DNA of 63,736 nt, counting the filler, from Diploschistes diacapsis (Eukaryota): NCBI GenBank assembly GCA_023645945.1. It is 8 parts of 8 records of this genome, joined end to end, with 100 filler letters (N's around TTAATTAATTAA, not from the genome) between each part and the next. Parts side by side here need not be neighbours in the genome. Positions count along the whole stretch, not along the records: positions 39,962 to 47,828 come from JALAIB010001230.1; positions 47,929 to 55,793 come from JALAIB010001231.1; 6 more parts are not named here. The stretch is one strand, 5' to 3'. The notes under the pieces are model-generated. The model was not told the origin of the DNA. It worked only from the letters and a program-made list of their open reading frames with translations, and made no database searches. Below, in pieces: positions 39,962 to 52,374 of the stretch (within the stretch, counting starts at the first letter, position 1; each line of letters opens with the position of its first letter). The position numbers and the translations under genes were made by a program.

Positions 39962-40420
39962 ACACGTTAGATCTATAGTAATTATAATAAATATTCTTTA
40001 TTATCAAGTTTTCTTTTAGAGATAGTTTTAGACCTATACTTGCTCTATCTTTTTTTTTTTTTATATTCTTTTTTTATACGAGACCAAACCTACCTTAATC
40101 GATACTTCGTTTCTACTTTATAGAGATAGAGATCATGATAATTTAGTATTTATTGCCTATTTATTGATCACACTTCCACTTTCAACAGCTGCTCTAAAAA
40201 TGTAACGAAAAACTTTAAAGTTTAAAATAACGGGAAATAATAGTGGAAATAAACTTTTCTATTTTAAAATGTTATAATACTCTCTTATATCTGAATTTCA
40301 CGACCTGGGGTCTTTTTTAATGTTTTAAAAGATATTTTTACAATGGTTGCGCGTTCAATGCGGGATGCCTGAAAATAGGTGGTCATGACACGGGTATGGT
40401 CATGACACGGGTCAACACTC
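39962..40420 (-). mobile_element. pogo/Fot1-like DNA transposon end, RIP-degraded, probably internally deleted
   Basis: Terminus GAGTGTTGACCCGTGTCATGACCATACCCGTGTCATGACCA with a doubled 16-bp motif (tggtcatgacacgggt x2), TA at 40421-40422, followed by an AT-rich degenerate HTH-like frame. Confidence 0.6.
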
Positions 40421-40726
40421 TATTAATTTTTTATTGATAAAAACATAATAATCTTTTTAAGTTTTTTATTGATTTTTACGTCGCTTAGGAACTTGGAGGG
40501 CACATCATTCGTCGCCAGACATGATATTACCAATGCAGCCCGCTATCAAACATTAACGCACCCTGCACTTTCTGGAAAGCTCACATGCTTTTTTTCTTAA
40601 ATTCATTGCGAGCAGTATTTGTGTCTCTTCACAGGGGTTCATGAAGCAGTGACTACTCCGCTAGAAAATAGCTTCGAGAGAGATCCCTCGAACATGAAGC
40701 GGTTCTTCCACTGAAAAAGGAAACTT

Positions 40727-41821
40727 ATGGCGCACCTGCTGGAAATCACAGTTCCGCGGACAACGGTAGCGACCGATCCTAAACCATATACTGTTTACGA
40801 AATATTAATACGTCTGTCATTGCAATCTCTTACCCTTCACAAACGCTATTCGGATTTTATAAATCTTCACGTAACGCTCAAATCGCAGGCAGGCAGTGCT
40901 CCGCCTGCCCCATTGCCCCCAAAGTACTATCTCAGCCGCACTACGAACAACAAGCTCTTGACTGAGTCGCGTCGAAGAGGGCTGGAAGTCTATTTACAAA
41001 GTATCCTCGATGCCGCCGATTCTAGGTGGCGTGAAACTTCCGCTTGGCGGCTCTTCCTCAATCTGCCCAGTAATATAGTGTTGAAAAGCAGTCAAGCAAG
41101 CCCACAGCGCATCTTGACTGGAGCTCTGGCGGACGACGGCTTAGTCGACCCAATGGCGTGGCTTGATGTGTATCGTGAGCTGCAGACCATACTCCACGAA
41201 GCGCGGCAAAATGTTACTGCTCGAGATGGCGCAGGGTATGTAAGCGTAAGTCATGAGAAGGGTACCATTGTAAAGAAGGCATTAGTTCGGGCAGGAATAC
41301 TTCTTACCAGCTTAGACCAAGGTCTGAAGTCCATTCAGGAGGAATGGGGAATAGAGAAGTTAGGCGAAGGCGAAGCAAGGAGGAGAAAGGATTTGATAGT
41401 AAGGGCGAGGAAGGAGAGAGATGATTTGGATAAGCTCTCGACAGCTATTATTAAAAAGAGGGAGCTCGACGAGGTGGTTGGCAACAAGCGATTCCTAGGG
41501 GAAGGTTGCGCAGCCACCGTGCCTGGTATCGCTTCGAACACTGAAGTGATCAAAAGGGGCCGTATCATAGGCAAGGAAACAGCTGCAACGCGGGAACTTG
41601 ACAACAAAAGAGTTCTGCAGTTGCAGCAGCAAATGCTGCAGGAACAGGACGACGACATCGACTTGTTGGCAGCGACTGTCCGCAGGCAAAAAGAACTTGC
41701 CACTCAGATCAACGAAGAACTTGAAGTACAAACCGAGATGCTTGATATGGTAAACGAGGACGCTACCAGGCTCGAAGGCAAAGTTGGAGTCGCGAACAAC
41801 AGGGTCAAGGGAATTCATTGA
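40727..41821 (+). CDS. VAM7: Vacuolar SNARE Vam7 (PX domain plus Qc-SNARE)
   Basis: PX motifs KPYTVYEI, KRYSDF, PPAPLPPK, RRRGLEVYL; C-terminal ETAATRELDN..LQLQQQMLQEQD SNARE helix with no transmembrane segment. Confidence 0.92.
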   Translation: MAHLLEITVPRTTVATDPKPYTVYEILIRLSLQSLTLHKRYSDFINLHVTLKSQAGSAPPAPLPPKYYLSRTTNNKLLTESRRRGLEVYLQSILDAADSRWRETSAWRLFLNLPSNIVLKSSQASPQRILTGALADDGLVDPMAWLDVYRELQTILHEARQNVTARDGAGYVSVSHEKGTIVKKALVRAGILLTSLDQGLKSIQEEWGIEKLGEGEARRRKDLIVRARKERDDLDKLSTAIIKKRELDEVVGNKRFLGEGCAATVPGIASNTEVIKRGRIIGKETAATRELDNKRVLQLQQQMLQEQDDDIDLLAATVRRQKELATQINEELEVQTEMLDMVNEDATRLEGKVGVANNRVKGIH

Positions 41822-42405
41822 CGCTGACCTGCCAGCTATTTCGAGCATCGAGGAAGCACTGGAGAGTGAGTACTTGCTAATTGCACAGTACAGATACAAT
41901 TTATAGCTATTTATGCCCCAAGACATGGATCAACTGAAGCCATCGCAATCAGGCTTTATTAGAAAATATCTCTACCCAGTATGCCATCCGTGCGCAACAG
42001 GTTCGGACATCATGGCTTGTCAAAACTTCGAACCCGGCTCAATGACCTCCCCCTTGGCACGCAATGGTGTTGCTATGTTCCTAACGCACTGTAATAAGAT
42101 TTCGCAGTTACATAGTGATCTTCTGTACGGTGCTAGGGACCTTGACTACTTCGTCATGGATTGTAGCATCCAGCGAAGAAAGCTATCTCATGCGTTCTTA
42201 ATCCTAATGAGCATAACAACGATGGCTAATCCTACTGGTCAACTGGGATAGATCGATAGTAGAGCTAAGTATGGAGTAAATTGCGACTAGCCGTTCTGAG
42301 TATATACCTCTCGCATTGTTGTCGAATAAATGAAGAATAGAGAATCACCAAAATTCAAGAGGTCAACCTAGTATTAGTACAAAGCTAAGGCCCCAGAGTC
42401 CAGCC

Positions 42406-43434
42406 TCAATCTCCATTGATTCTTCGCCAAACCTCTCCCTCGACTTCGCCAAGCTTCTTGCCTGCGCCTTTAGCCCACCCACTCACCACGCCCCAGACGC
42501 TGCCGTCTTCGTTTTTCCCGTCACCATTCAATATGCCACCACCTGGTCTCGGACTGGCCATACCACCGAAGCCTTGAAACACTCCAGAAGGACTTTTCAC
42601 GCCCCCTAGGACAGCGTTGTTATCATTATACCCCAAACTGGGCGAGCCAGCGCCGCGCTGAGAGGCAAATCGCTGCTCTGGTGTCATGTCGGCCGCGTAG
42701 GGGTTCTGAACGTAGCCAGGAGGATGTTCCAGGCTATTTTGTGGCATTGTCCCAGTGGTTGGCGTTTCGGCAGGCGAACTAAACGTCCTTGCGGGTGAGA
42801 GCAAAGTATTGGGATGAGGACTCAAAAGCCCGTTTCGTCCGCCGAGTGTAGCAGAAGCGGGAGGCTGCGCTCCGCTACGAGGATCTGATAGCGGTGGAAG
42901 GCTAATTTGCGGCGGAAAATGTGATGACTGAGCGGGATACGTCGGTGTTGGGGTTGGAGAATAATACGCAGCTGCTTTCATCTTCTCGCCGACCCTTGGG
43001 GGTGGGGGGATGTCCCTTCGAGGCGATGCTGAGCGCGACCTGGAGTGTAATGGAGTTGGTAGAACAGCTGGCTCCGGAGAGGATGGGGCAGAAGTAGTAG
43101 TAGATGGCGCACGTTGTGGGAACATTGATATCGGTTCTGTTGCTGGGACATAGGTTGCAGTGGACGCGGAGGTGACTGTTGGTGTTGGTGGACTTATTTG
43201 GGGCAGGGCAGGTGTATGCGTAGGGACAATTGACGGGGTTACGGTCGTTGAGGCTTGCGTCGGTGTCAACTCATTGCATTGGGTTCCTTGTGATTGCGGC
43301 GGAGATGCTGTAGAGTGAGTGGTACTTTCGTCTGTGCTAAGCCGGTCTTGGTTGCTGCCAATGGTCGAATTCCTGTTCGGAGCGTGGACCGCTGGACTTA
43401 TAGGACTCTCAGTATATATTTGGATGCCTGCCAT
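42406..43434 (-). CDS. Pro/Thr/Ser-rich hypothetical protein
   Basis: 342-aa intronless ORF with good start context; non-repetitive islands IQIYTESPI, LEHPPGYVQNPYA and WAKGAGKKLGEVEGEVWRRIN look like conserved motifs. Confidence 0.8.
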   Translation of the reverse strand: MAGIQIYTESPISPAVHAPNRNSTIGSNQDRLSTDESTTHSTASPPQSQGTQCNELTPTQASTTVTPSIVPTHTPALPQISPPTPTVTSASTATYVPATEPISMFPQRAPSTTTSAPSSPEPAVLPTPLHSRSRSASPRRDIPPPPRVGEKMKAAAYYSPTPTPTYPAQSSHFPPQISLPPLSDPRSGAQPPASATLGGRNGLLSPHPNTLLSPARTFSSPAETPTTGTMPQNSLEHPPGYVQNPYAADMTPEQRFASQRGAGSPSLGYNDNNAVLGGVKSPSGVFQGFGGMASPRPGGGILNGDGKNEDGSVWGVVSGWAKGAGKKLGEVEGEVWRRINGD

Positions 43435-44077
43435 CTTCCCAAGTCAAGACTGATGTGACCAGTTTGGGGAGGAGTGTAGCAGGCGCAGTAGAGCAGATGT
43501 TTGTGTTGGATCACTCAAGTTCGAAAGGAGGAACTGGTAAACAGAATTGCCAAACCCCAACTCGCCTCAGTCTGCTTGGGAGAAGTCAGGATTGCTTTAG
43601 ACAAAGATTTTCATTGAAACAGAAGACCGTCTTGTGTTATAACTTTGATTACATTTAGGCGTCCTGTTCGATCGAGTATGGTAAGCAAGTTCATATCCAA
43701 CAATGGCTGAGCGAAGCGCGCGGGCCGAGCTGCGGCCAAGGCTGCAGATCCTGAAAGCGTCTAATTGTATCTGTAGGTGGTGGAATAAGCGAAACAACAC
43801 GAGCAGGTGTATAGTAATAACAATACAAATATTAACGAATTGCTGCAGAGCTTGCAGTGTGAACAATCATCTGAATAATGAAGCAAAGTGGCTAGGGCAC
43901 TTCAAGGGAATACATGCTGGACGAGACTAAAATACATCGACTCCACGAACACTGAAGAGCATCGCGTCTATACAACACGCATCCATCCTCAACCTCGCTT
44001 CGCTTGTCCGCAGCCAATTTCCGTACTAACGTTCAGTACACATCTTTCTTTGAAGAGGGAACTCCTGAGATGCCCAC

Positions 44078-45330
44078 TTAACCAGATCCACCCTTGAATT
44101 TCTTGCCGAAGAGTACAAGCTGCACTTGGTCATAGATAGAGAGCACACCAGCACCAGCAACACCACGAAGAATGTTAGCGCCTGCACCCTTGAAAAGAGA
44201 CTTGGTACCCTCCTTGGCGACAATTTGGCGGGCAGCATCAAGCGAAGAAGAATATTTGACAGCCTACGGAAAAGATCAGTCTCAGGGTGGTAGGGTTATA
44301 ATACTGTAGCAACGTACCTCGCCAGAAGTCATCATCATACGTCTACGGATGGTATCCAGGGGGTAGGACGCGATACCAGCACCAGTTGTAACACCCCAAC
44401 CAAGCATGAAAGAAGCAAGAAAGTTGCCTTCTAGAGGACCGACGAGAAGAACGGGCTTGATAGAATCGTACATGCCGAAGTACAAACCACGGTAAACCAC
44501 GATACCAGCGACAGAAGGCATGAAACCCCGGTAAAGTCCGGCAATACCGTCAGAGGCGAGAGTCTTTCTGTAAACGTCAAGAAGACCGTTGAACTGGCGG
44601 CTTCCGCCCTTTTTCGCATTCTTGTTGTCATTGGCTAGACGAGTACGAGCATAGTCTAGAGAATAGACAAACAGCAACGAAGTAGCACCAGCAGCCTGAG
44701 AAGATTGATTAGACTTTGGGATTTTGACTTCCTCATCAAACTTACACCACCAGACGCCAAGTTACCAGCCATCCACTTCCAGTAACCGTCTCGCTCCTTT
44801 TTAAAAGCGAACATGGACTTGTATGTGTCGCGGAATGCGAAGTTGAGAGCCTGAGTAGGGAAATATCGGATCACGTTGGCAGTGTTGCCTCTCCATAACG
44901 AAAGTGCGCCCTCATCTTTCGCAGTACGGCGGAAACACTCGATGATGCCATCATATTTGCGATCGAGGCGACCATTTTTGATCATCTCATCCTAGCACCA
45001 AAGATAATATTCAGTACTTGATTTAAACATGATACCTTGTTCAAGGGAAGGTAAAGCTATCAGGTGTTCGATCCGAGCCAGCATTGGGCAATGGTAGGTG
45101 CAATGGTAGGTATGCCTCGTACTTACCTGATTTTGGATGAGGAGCTTGACACGTTCGATTGGCGCTGCAGCAGTCTTGGAAACAGCAGCGGCGACACCGC
45201 CCATCAAGAAGTCGACCAAGAAGCCTAGCGAAGTTGTTTAGGACGCGGATAGGAAACAATTGCAACGGATAAACAAACCGGGCATGCCCATGAAGGACTT
45301 CTTGGATTGAACAACCTCGCCTTCGACCAT
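44078..45330 (-). CDS. AAC: Mitochondrial ADP/ATP carrier
   Basis: [51 protein letters not shown], signature RRRMMM, C-terminus [11 protein letters not shown]; four introns. Confidence 0.97.
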
Positions 45331-45691
45331 CTTGGTGGTATATTTGGTAGAACGAGAATGCCAAAAAATAAGGTTGAGTGGAGTTTTTAAAGGTGACTTC
45401 TTTGAAGGTTGGAAGATGGAAAACTTGGGATGTTAAGAGAAAATATTTCAAGGCCAATTTGACGCTAGCGCGTGAGCTTAGTTATCTGACTGTCGGGAAA
45501 GCCCGGCTTTGAGACTTGGGACTTTCTGATTCTGAATTCCCGAAGGGCTCGCAGAGAACTTCAATCAGGTTGAATAGAACTCAAATACTACCACCAGTGG
45601 GAATGAGTGCTATGGATGCGCTGGGAAAACATCTAGAGACATCTGAATTGGAACATTGTCATGCGCTTTTTACGTTCTAGCAAGCACGTAT

Positions 45692-47636
45692 CTATGAGGC
45701 GGCCCCTCGTTTGCCTTTCCTTTTCCTCCTACTGGAACTTCCAATCTTGGCATTGCTTTGTAAAACCTTGGAATTTTTCTCAATATTGTCCTCGAGCTTG
45801 TCCGCTTGAAAGCCTTGGTCTTGTTGCTGTATGGTTTCCTGTAGCGTACTCTGCGAACCATGCTCGTTGCCAAAAGTCTCTCTTCTCCACTGTCTCAACC
45901 TTGCCTTCTTACCGAGCCTCTTCAAATCTTTCCGGCGCTTCTGGGTGTCACGAAATGTAGCCAGCTTCTTAAGACCCGCGAATTGGTTGAGTTGGCTATC
46001 GGATGCCATGAGAATATCATGAGCTGTCAATCCGAAGTTTATAGGCGAAGTCTCTCGGTATCTAAAGTTGCTCGAGTCTCTGCTTTTGACACCCTCTAAA
46101 GCATCCTCAAGATCAGCCTTTTCGCTGACCAGCTGTTGCAGCATTCGTCGCTGCTTCCTAACTTCTTTCTTACTTTGATCATCATCCACGACCATCGCTA
46201 CTTCTAGTTTCTTACCTCTCGTGACTTTGTCATCTTCGTCTGATGAAGAAGTTTGTTTGCTTTCAACACCAAAAGTGGGGACATTGTTAGTGATATCAAT
46301 ATCCGAACCCCCTCGTGGCCGTGGAGCTTTGCCTCTGGCTCCTTCATCGTGAAAAGCATCGTCCTTCCCTTTGTAGTACTCATGGTCAAATTTCTGTTGC
46401 ATCATTGAATCCCATTTGCCTTCGTCCCAATCGTCAGTCAGAAACTCTGCCCAGTCACCCAGGTCCACAACCGTTCCCGTAATACCCGCAGCATCTCTTA
46501 TTTTGTCCAACTTCTCTTCCGCAGATGCCAGACGGAGTTTCCGAAGCATGCCCTGCTCTTTCAGCCTCTCGGTATTTGCCTCCTTCTTTTGAGCATTCTC
46601 TGTCTCCCTTGCTCGCTTGCGTTTGTTTTTCGCCTCGGCTCTTACAGAATGTTTTGCTGCAGCATCCCTAGCATGGGTGACAATCGCCTCATTAGCGCCA
46701 ACTGCATCTTCAAATCGCAAGTTGTACGCTTCTTCAAATTCGTCGGCTTTCTTTTCGTATTCCTCATCATCTGACTCAAATGGCTGGAATCTTGCGCTTT
46801 CGCTGGGGACCCAAGCTCTAGTAGTTAGAAACCGTGACAGAAAGCCATCTGGGTCCCGACCAGCTTGTTCAACCTCAGCGGTAGAGATTGCAGTACCTCT
46901 GTGCTCGATAATGATCGGTTCTTTAAGAGTGAACAAATCATCTCCCGTGGCACCATCAGCCATGTCGGTCTGTTCAGCTTCGCTGTGTCCGTCCTGCATG
47001 ACCGAATTGATCTGCTGAATCACTGCTGTTCTGGTCTGATCCTGCTGGTTCGCGTATGAGGGTTCGATGTCATTTGTGTTCTCGATTTCGGCCACACTTA
47101 GCAATTTCTCTCGTTGATAGTCGCGTAAGAGCACAGGCTTTTCTCGATGCATGACAGCACCTTGGGGGAATCCCACATCATCTACTGACGAGTAGAACAC
47201 TGTCCCTTTGTCGTAGACACGAGGATCCTTGTCTCTAATGGCCTGCAATGCTGCAGTATATTCCTTATCCAAAATGCCAGTTGCAAGGGTGCCTTGATCG
47301 TCTTCCTCGTCTTCGGATGACTCATCGTCTGAGTTGCCCTCTGAGACGTTAGACGGCATAGCCGACGCTGAAACTTTGTGTCCGCCATACTTGTCTCCCA
47401 CTGAAAGAGTGTCAATAAATGTGGGTGATCTGGGCTTGGAACACACAACATTGAAGCTCGCCTCGCCTTTGCCTGTGCTCGAATCCCCTGGCGTAGTCTA
47501 GTTTAATCGGAACGCGAGCATTTCCGTCCTGTGGCATTCCGTTGAGCATAACACCTCCAGAATCCTCTGAAAGCTCGGATTCAGATGCCTCAACTTCAGA
47601 AGGCAGTTTTATACGCTTTGAGTCCCAGATCTCCAT
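45692..47636 (-). CDS. KRI1: Ribosome biogenesis factor Kri1
   Basis: DYARGFEH..ELQ, KDPRVYDK, KPVLLRDYQRE, FEEAYNLRFED, FRYRETSP.NFGLTAHDILMASDSQLNQFAGLKKLA; intron ~47401-47446. Confidence 0.92.
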
Positions 47637-47828
47637 GTGAACTGGTTTTTCCTATTTGTTGTCACGGTAAAGGCCTCAGCACATTACAGTACGTTGCAAA
47701 AGTTAATAGAATCCGCTTTGTATTCTAGGCGTAAGCGTCGATTGTTTGAGTATGGAACAAAATAATGATAAAAATCAGTTTTTAAATATAAAATAATATT
47801 ATAATTAACGTATATGCATAGCGAGCGG

Positions 47829-47928
47829 NNNNNNNNNNNNNNNNNNNNNNNNNNNNNNNNNNNNNNNNNNNNTTAATTAATTAANNNNNNNNNNNNNNNN
47901 NNNNNNNNNNNNNNNNNNNNNNNNNNNN
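47829..47928. other. Artificial contig spacer
   Basis: N44-TTAATTAATTAA-N44. Confidence 0.98.
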
Positions 47929-48504
47929 ATCCTTTTCGTATTTTATTACTTTTTATTACTATAAAGCACTCGTCGATAAATCAAATATTAATAAAATCCT
48001 CGGCGCGTTAAGTTCGATGTATTCGAAAATACTTTAGGCGTTTTTCCGCATCTTTAAATTCTAAATATAACTTTTATTATATCCTATATTTTTTAAAAGA
48101 GAGGTCGATATCGCGGAATCTTCGGCGTATTATATTTCTACTAATAAACGAAATATCGAATAATTTAAATCATTTAGATTCTAAATAGCGTCTGGCCGTT
48201 CGATAAAGCCTATTTTTTTAATTTTTAAATATTCTTCGAGATCTTCCGGAGCGCTTCAAATTATCTTAATCGTTATCACGCTTTAAAACCTTTGTTATTG
48301 TCTTTTTAATTATAAAATAAGGAATATTTAGTCTATTGGCTGCATTTTTCAGGATAACACCTAATCTATATGCGCCTATAAGCTCAAAGCGCTCCCAGAG
48401 CTTCAAACGACGATATGGTGGCATTATTATAAAAATAATAGTAGGCATTTATTGTTTATTTGCACCGATTTAACCGAGGGACCATTACTTTTGCACTAGT
48501 ACTG
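47929..48504 (-). mobile_element. Tc1/mariner DNA transposon, 5' part, RIP-mutated (copy 2, same family as 31990-32788)
   Basis: Collinear with ~32214-32788; terminus CAGTACTAGTGCAAAAGTAATG plus TA at 48505-48506; different flanking DNA. Confidence 0.92.
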
Positions 48505-48774
48505 TATATTCAGGTTCGCAGCGCACTTCTCGGAACCGGATCAATTTGTTTCCGAGCGGTGGGTTCGAGGGAAATGGTTATCTATTTGGTATGGGACCAA
48601 CGAATTGCATCGGGCAATCGCTTTGCGTGGCTGGAGATACGCCTTATTTTAGCCCGCATCCTATGGCGGTTTGATTTACGAGGACACAGCCTGGTCGAAT
48701 GGACATCGCAGAAAATATATTGGGCATGGAACAAAGATCCACTGGATGTAACTGTGACAAAGGTCATGTGTTAA
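48505..48774 (+). pseudogene. Cytochrome P450 C-terminal fragment, interrupted by Tc1
   Basis: HFSEPDQFVSERW (PERW-like), heme motif FGMGPTNCIG, then a +1 frameshift into AWLEIRLILARILWRFDL. Confidence 0.88.
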
Positions 48775-49003
48775 AAGCACTCGAAGCGAGCAGCAGAGAA
48801 GTCTTAGCAGACAGCAAACTTACAGAGGCAAGTACGTTGTAATATCAATGCCTCACTTGAATTCTCATGAAACGTAAGAACCCTGCTTGCTAAAACTTTG
48901 GGTCTCTCTCGTTTCTGTGGCTATTGAACGGACATTAATCTGCCTGCAAATGTCGAGCTTCTTGAGAGCAGTGTTAACTTAGAGGGAAGTTTGTTGTCTC
49001 ATC

Positions 49004-49848
49004 ATGAAGCCCATCATCGTGTATTGGAGAAGTAAGTTTTTTGATTCTCTTCCGAGCTTGTACTAAATGGATATCATCTATTCAGACGTCGCCCCCAATC
49101 CTGCCAAAACCTTGATCCTCCTTAAGGAGCTCGGTTTACCTTACGAGACTAAGTGGATTAAGCTCGAGGAACTGAAGGCCCCCAAATATAAAACGGTTAA
49201 TCCCAATGGCCGCCTTCCATGTATATCTCGAGCAACGGACAGGGCGATGATCCTATACTAAGGATGAAAGCTATTATCGATCCTAATAATCGCGACATCA
49301 CAATCTGGGAGACCGGCGCAATATTTCACTATCTAATCGACACATATGACAAGGAGGGGAAGCTATCTTACTCGTCCTTCCCAAAGAAATATCACCTGGT
49401 TCAGTGGTCCTTTTTCCAAGCAAGTGGGCAGGGTCCGTACTTTGGACAAGCAGCATGGTAGGGTCTTTTAGCTTCTAACTCTACCCCCTAAAGCCAAAGC
49501 TCGACCAGTCTAACTCTTCCCAGATTCAACCAACTCCATCCAACAAAAGTCCCAGAGGCTCAAGAGCGTTACGGAAACGAACTAAAACGGGTAGTGGGCG
49601 TGTTAGATAGTCACCCAAAGAGCCGTGACTGGCTTATTGATACCAAGTGCACCTATGCCGACTCAACGCCCGCGACATAGAACGTCAATATCGGATGGTC
49701 TCTGTCCCATAGCCCCATCAAGTTTAACGAGAATGATTACCCCAATTTCAAACGCTGGATGAACAGTATGAAAGGCCGGCCAGGTGTCCTGCGCGTTCTG
49801 ATGAACATGCAAGCGACAGAAATGAAGAGTAATGGTACTAGAAAATGA
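49004..49848 (+). pseudogene. Glutathione S-transferase (Ure2/GST-II-like), inactivated
   Basis: PNPAK..LKELGLPYE, NPNGRLP, IWETGAI, FQASGQGPYFGQA; the conserved Trp becomes TGA across the intron 3 junction, and there is an in-frame TAG at 49678-49680. Confidence 0.85.
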
Positions 49849-50045
49849 GGTCGGATTTGCTTAGGTGATATGGAACTACCTGATTCCGTAAGCCGCCACC
49901 ATCTTCCCCACCATAGTAAGTCGTCTCTCCCTTTAAAAGCAGCATGGAATGCCTGTTGCTTATTACAAACTTTAATCTTTTCTCTTATCCCTGTCTTGCT
50001 CTGTGTATACTGTACTGACCCCACCTTTCTTATCCAGCGCAGGTC

Positions 50046-51830
50046 ATGTCTGTTCCTGAAATCAAGAGTACTCAAATTCCTCCGGAGCAATACACAGCCT
50101 TAAAAGATCTAGGATCTCCCTTTCCAACAGAATCTCCCGCTGAGCCACAACGAGTTGAAAACAACGATGCTACTGACTTAACAAAGACGGACCAAGTTCC
50201 CCACATCGAGACACTGGAAGATACCCAGTACTTACACGGAGCGAAGCTAATCTTTATCATAATCGGGCTTTGTCTGTCGGTCTTATTGGTTGCGCTAATA
50301 CGAGGCTCCATTTCCTGTTGCTGTTCTGCCAGTCCATTACTGATAATAAGGGTATCTAAAACAATGCTGTTCTGGCAATGGTACCTGTTACCTTCATGAC
50401 TCTGGTTCGCGCGGTTAACGGGAATGCAGGCCATTCCAACCATTACTAACGACTTCCATTCCCTCGGTAACGTAGGCTGGTATGGAAGTGCCTTTCTTTT
50501 CACTATATACGCACGCTGCCATACATTAAGAGCGCGGAAAAAAGCTCACATTTTGATAGATGTGCATGCCAGCCACTGGCCGGACGAACGTTTCAATTCT
50601 TCTCGCTGAACTAGGCATATGTGATATTCCTTCTCGGATTCAAGGCCGGAAGTCTGATTTACGCCACTTCGCCTTCAACCGTGGTCCTTATAATAGGAAA
50701 AGCGATTGCTGGGATCGATACCTCCGGACTGTTTCCAGGCGCTTTAATAATTATAGCGAACATTAAGCCACCTCTGCAACGGCCTAATAAGTAGCAGTGT
50801 TCCTAGACTCTGTCTGGTAAATGGGCTAAATAAGAACAGAGTTCACTGGATTGCTTACCTCCATCTTTGAAATTTCGACAGTCATTGGACCTTTGATCGG
50901 AGGTGCCTTCGCTCAATATGTAACTTGGCGATGATATAAATGCTAAACTTCGTATTAATCAAGACCATGCTCACTCTTGTAATTCTAGATTTTTACATCA
51001 ACCTGGCGATCGGTACACGTGACCCTACTTTTGCTCCTACCTACCTTCGAGCCTTCAATAACTGAAATGTCCAAATTGCCATTGCGCGAGAAGGTGTCGA
51101 ACTTAGATATACTAGATTTCTTTCTCTTCTCTCCCTCAGTGGTAATACTCTAACGCTACAATTCGCCGGCCGTGCCTATGCCTGGAATTCTTCTCAAGTA
51201 ATTGGACTTTTCTGCGGCTTTATCCTCTACCTCGTTATTTTTATAATATGGCAGTATCGGCAAGGCGATTAAGCAAGCATACCACCTCACGTCCTTGCAA
51301 ACCGTACGATCCTCAGTAATGCCGTAACTTCTCTTTTAGCGATGGGAGGGCCTGTGATTGTCGCTTATTACTTACCAATCTGGTTCCAAGTCGTTCTAGG
51401 ATGCAATCCTACGGAAAGTCGTCTTATATATCTTACTACTATTATTGCTAACGTTGTCTTCTCTATAGCGGGGGGCATCCTTGATTAGTTACTTGCAAGA
51501 AGTTACGAACATAACTCACAAGTCGTAATAACTATGACAGGATACCACAATCCTTTCTTTCTAACAGGCCTAATCCTCGCCGCAATCGGAACAGGCTTAC
51601 TATCCACTTTGACGCCTATTAATAGCGCCAACGCCTGGATTGGGTTTCAAGTGCTCTATGATTTCGGGTTCGCTTTTATCATCCAAATAATACGGCGGCC
51701 GATATAGCCTCACATATTCAAGTGATTGACTAACAGCCTAGGAAGCCCCTGATAGCAGTACAAGCAGTGCTTGATATGCAACAGATCCCTATCGGTACAA
51801 CCATCATCGTCTTTACGCAATTTCTTGCTG
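50046..51830 (+). pseudogene. 14-TM MFS drug/toxin efflux pump (DHA2, AflT/GliA-like), degraded
   Basis: [68 protein letters not shown]; multiple stops and splice donors mutated GT>AT. Confidence 0.85.
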
Positions 51831-51831
51831 G

Positions 51832-52054
51832 TAGATATATAATTTAAAATTCCCTAGTTAGGATTAGCTGAAGAATATATCTTAGTCTTTTTGTCACTTA
51901 TATTAGAAACTTCCACTACTTCCAACAGAAACACGTTATCTTGAAAAAACTTTAAGATCTTTTAAAACCTTCTGGAATCTTCTAAAATCTATTAAAACTT
52001 ATTAAAAACTTATTAATTAACCAAACTAACCTCTTCAGGTTAATATTATGACAT
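51832..52054. mobile_element. AT-rich repeat remnant truncating the MFS pseudogene
   Basis: Abrupt switch to very AT-rich sequence; shares tcttctaaaatcta with ~63008; family not identifiable. Confidence 0.45.
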
Positions 52055-52374
52055 TACACTTATTTATTTTAAACCGACGGCTAGCATATTCTAAGCTCGC
52101 TAGCTTAAATAAGTCGACGGCGACGCTACTTAAAGCATTTACAAGAATACTGAACCTTTCTAATAAATATCATTTCAAGCATCCAAGCGCATTTGTTAAA
52201 AATCGGAACAGCAACTATCATGCATTGAAACTGCGAAAGATTGTTTACAAAGGAGTCATTGTACTATCCTACTATATTATAAACCTCCATTCCGTGCCTT
52301 ATCTTTCTTCTACCGGAAGCTCACTGTTCATGTTTAAGTCTAATACCTTTTGCGCCACATTCAAGACCATATTT

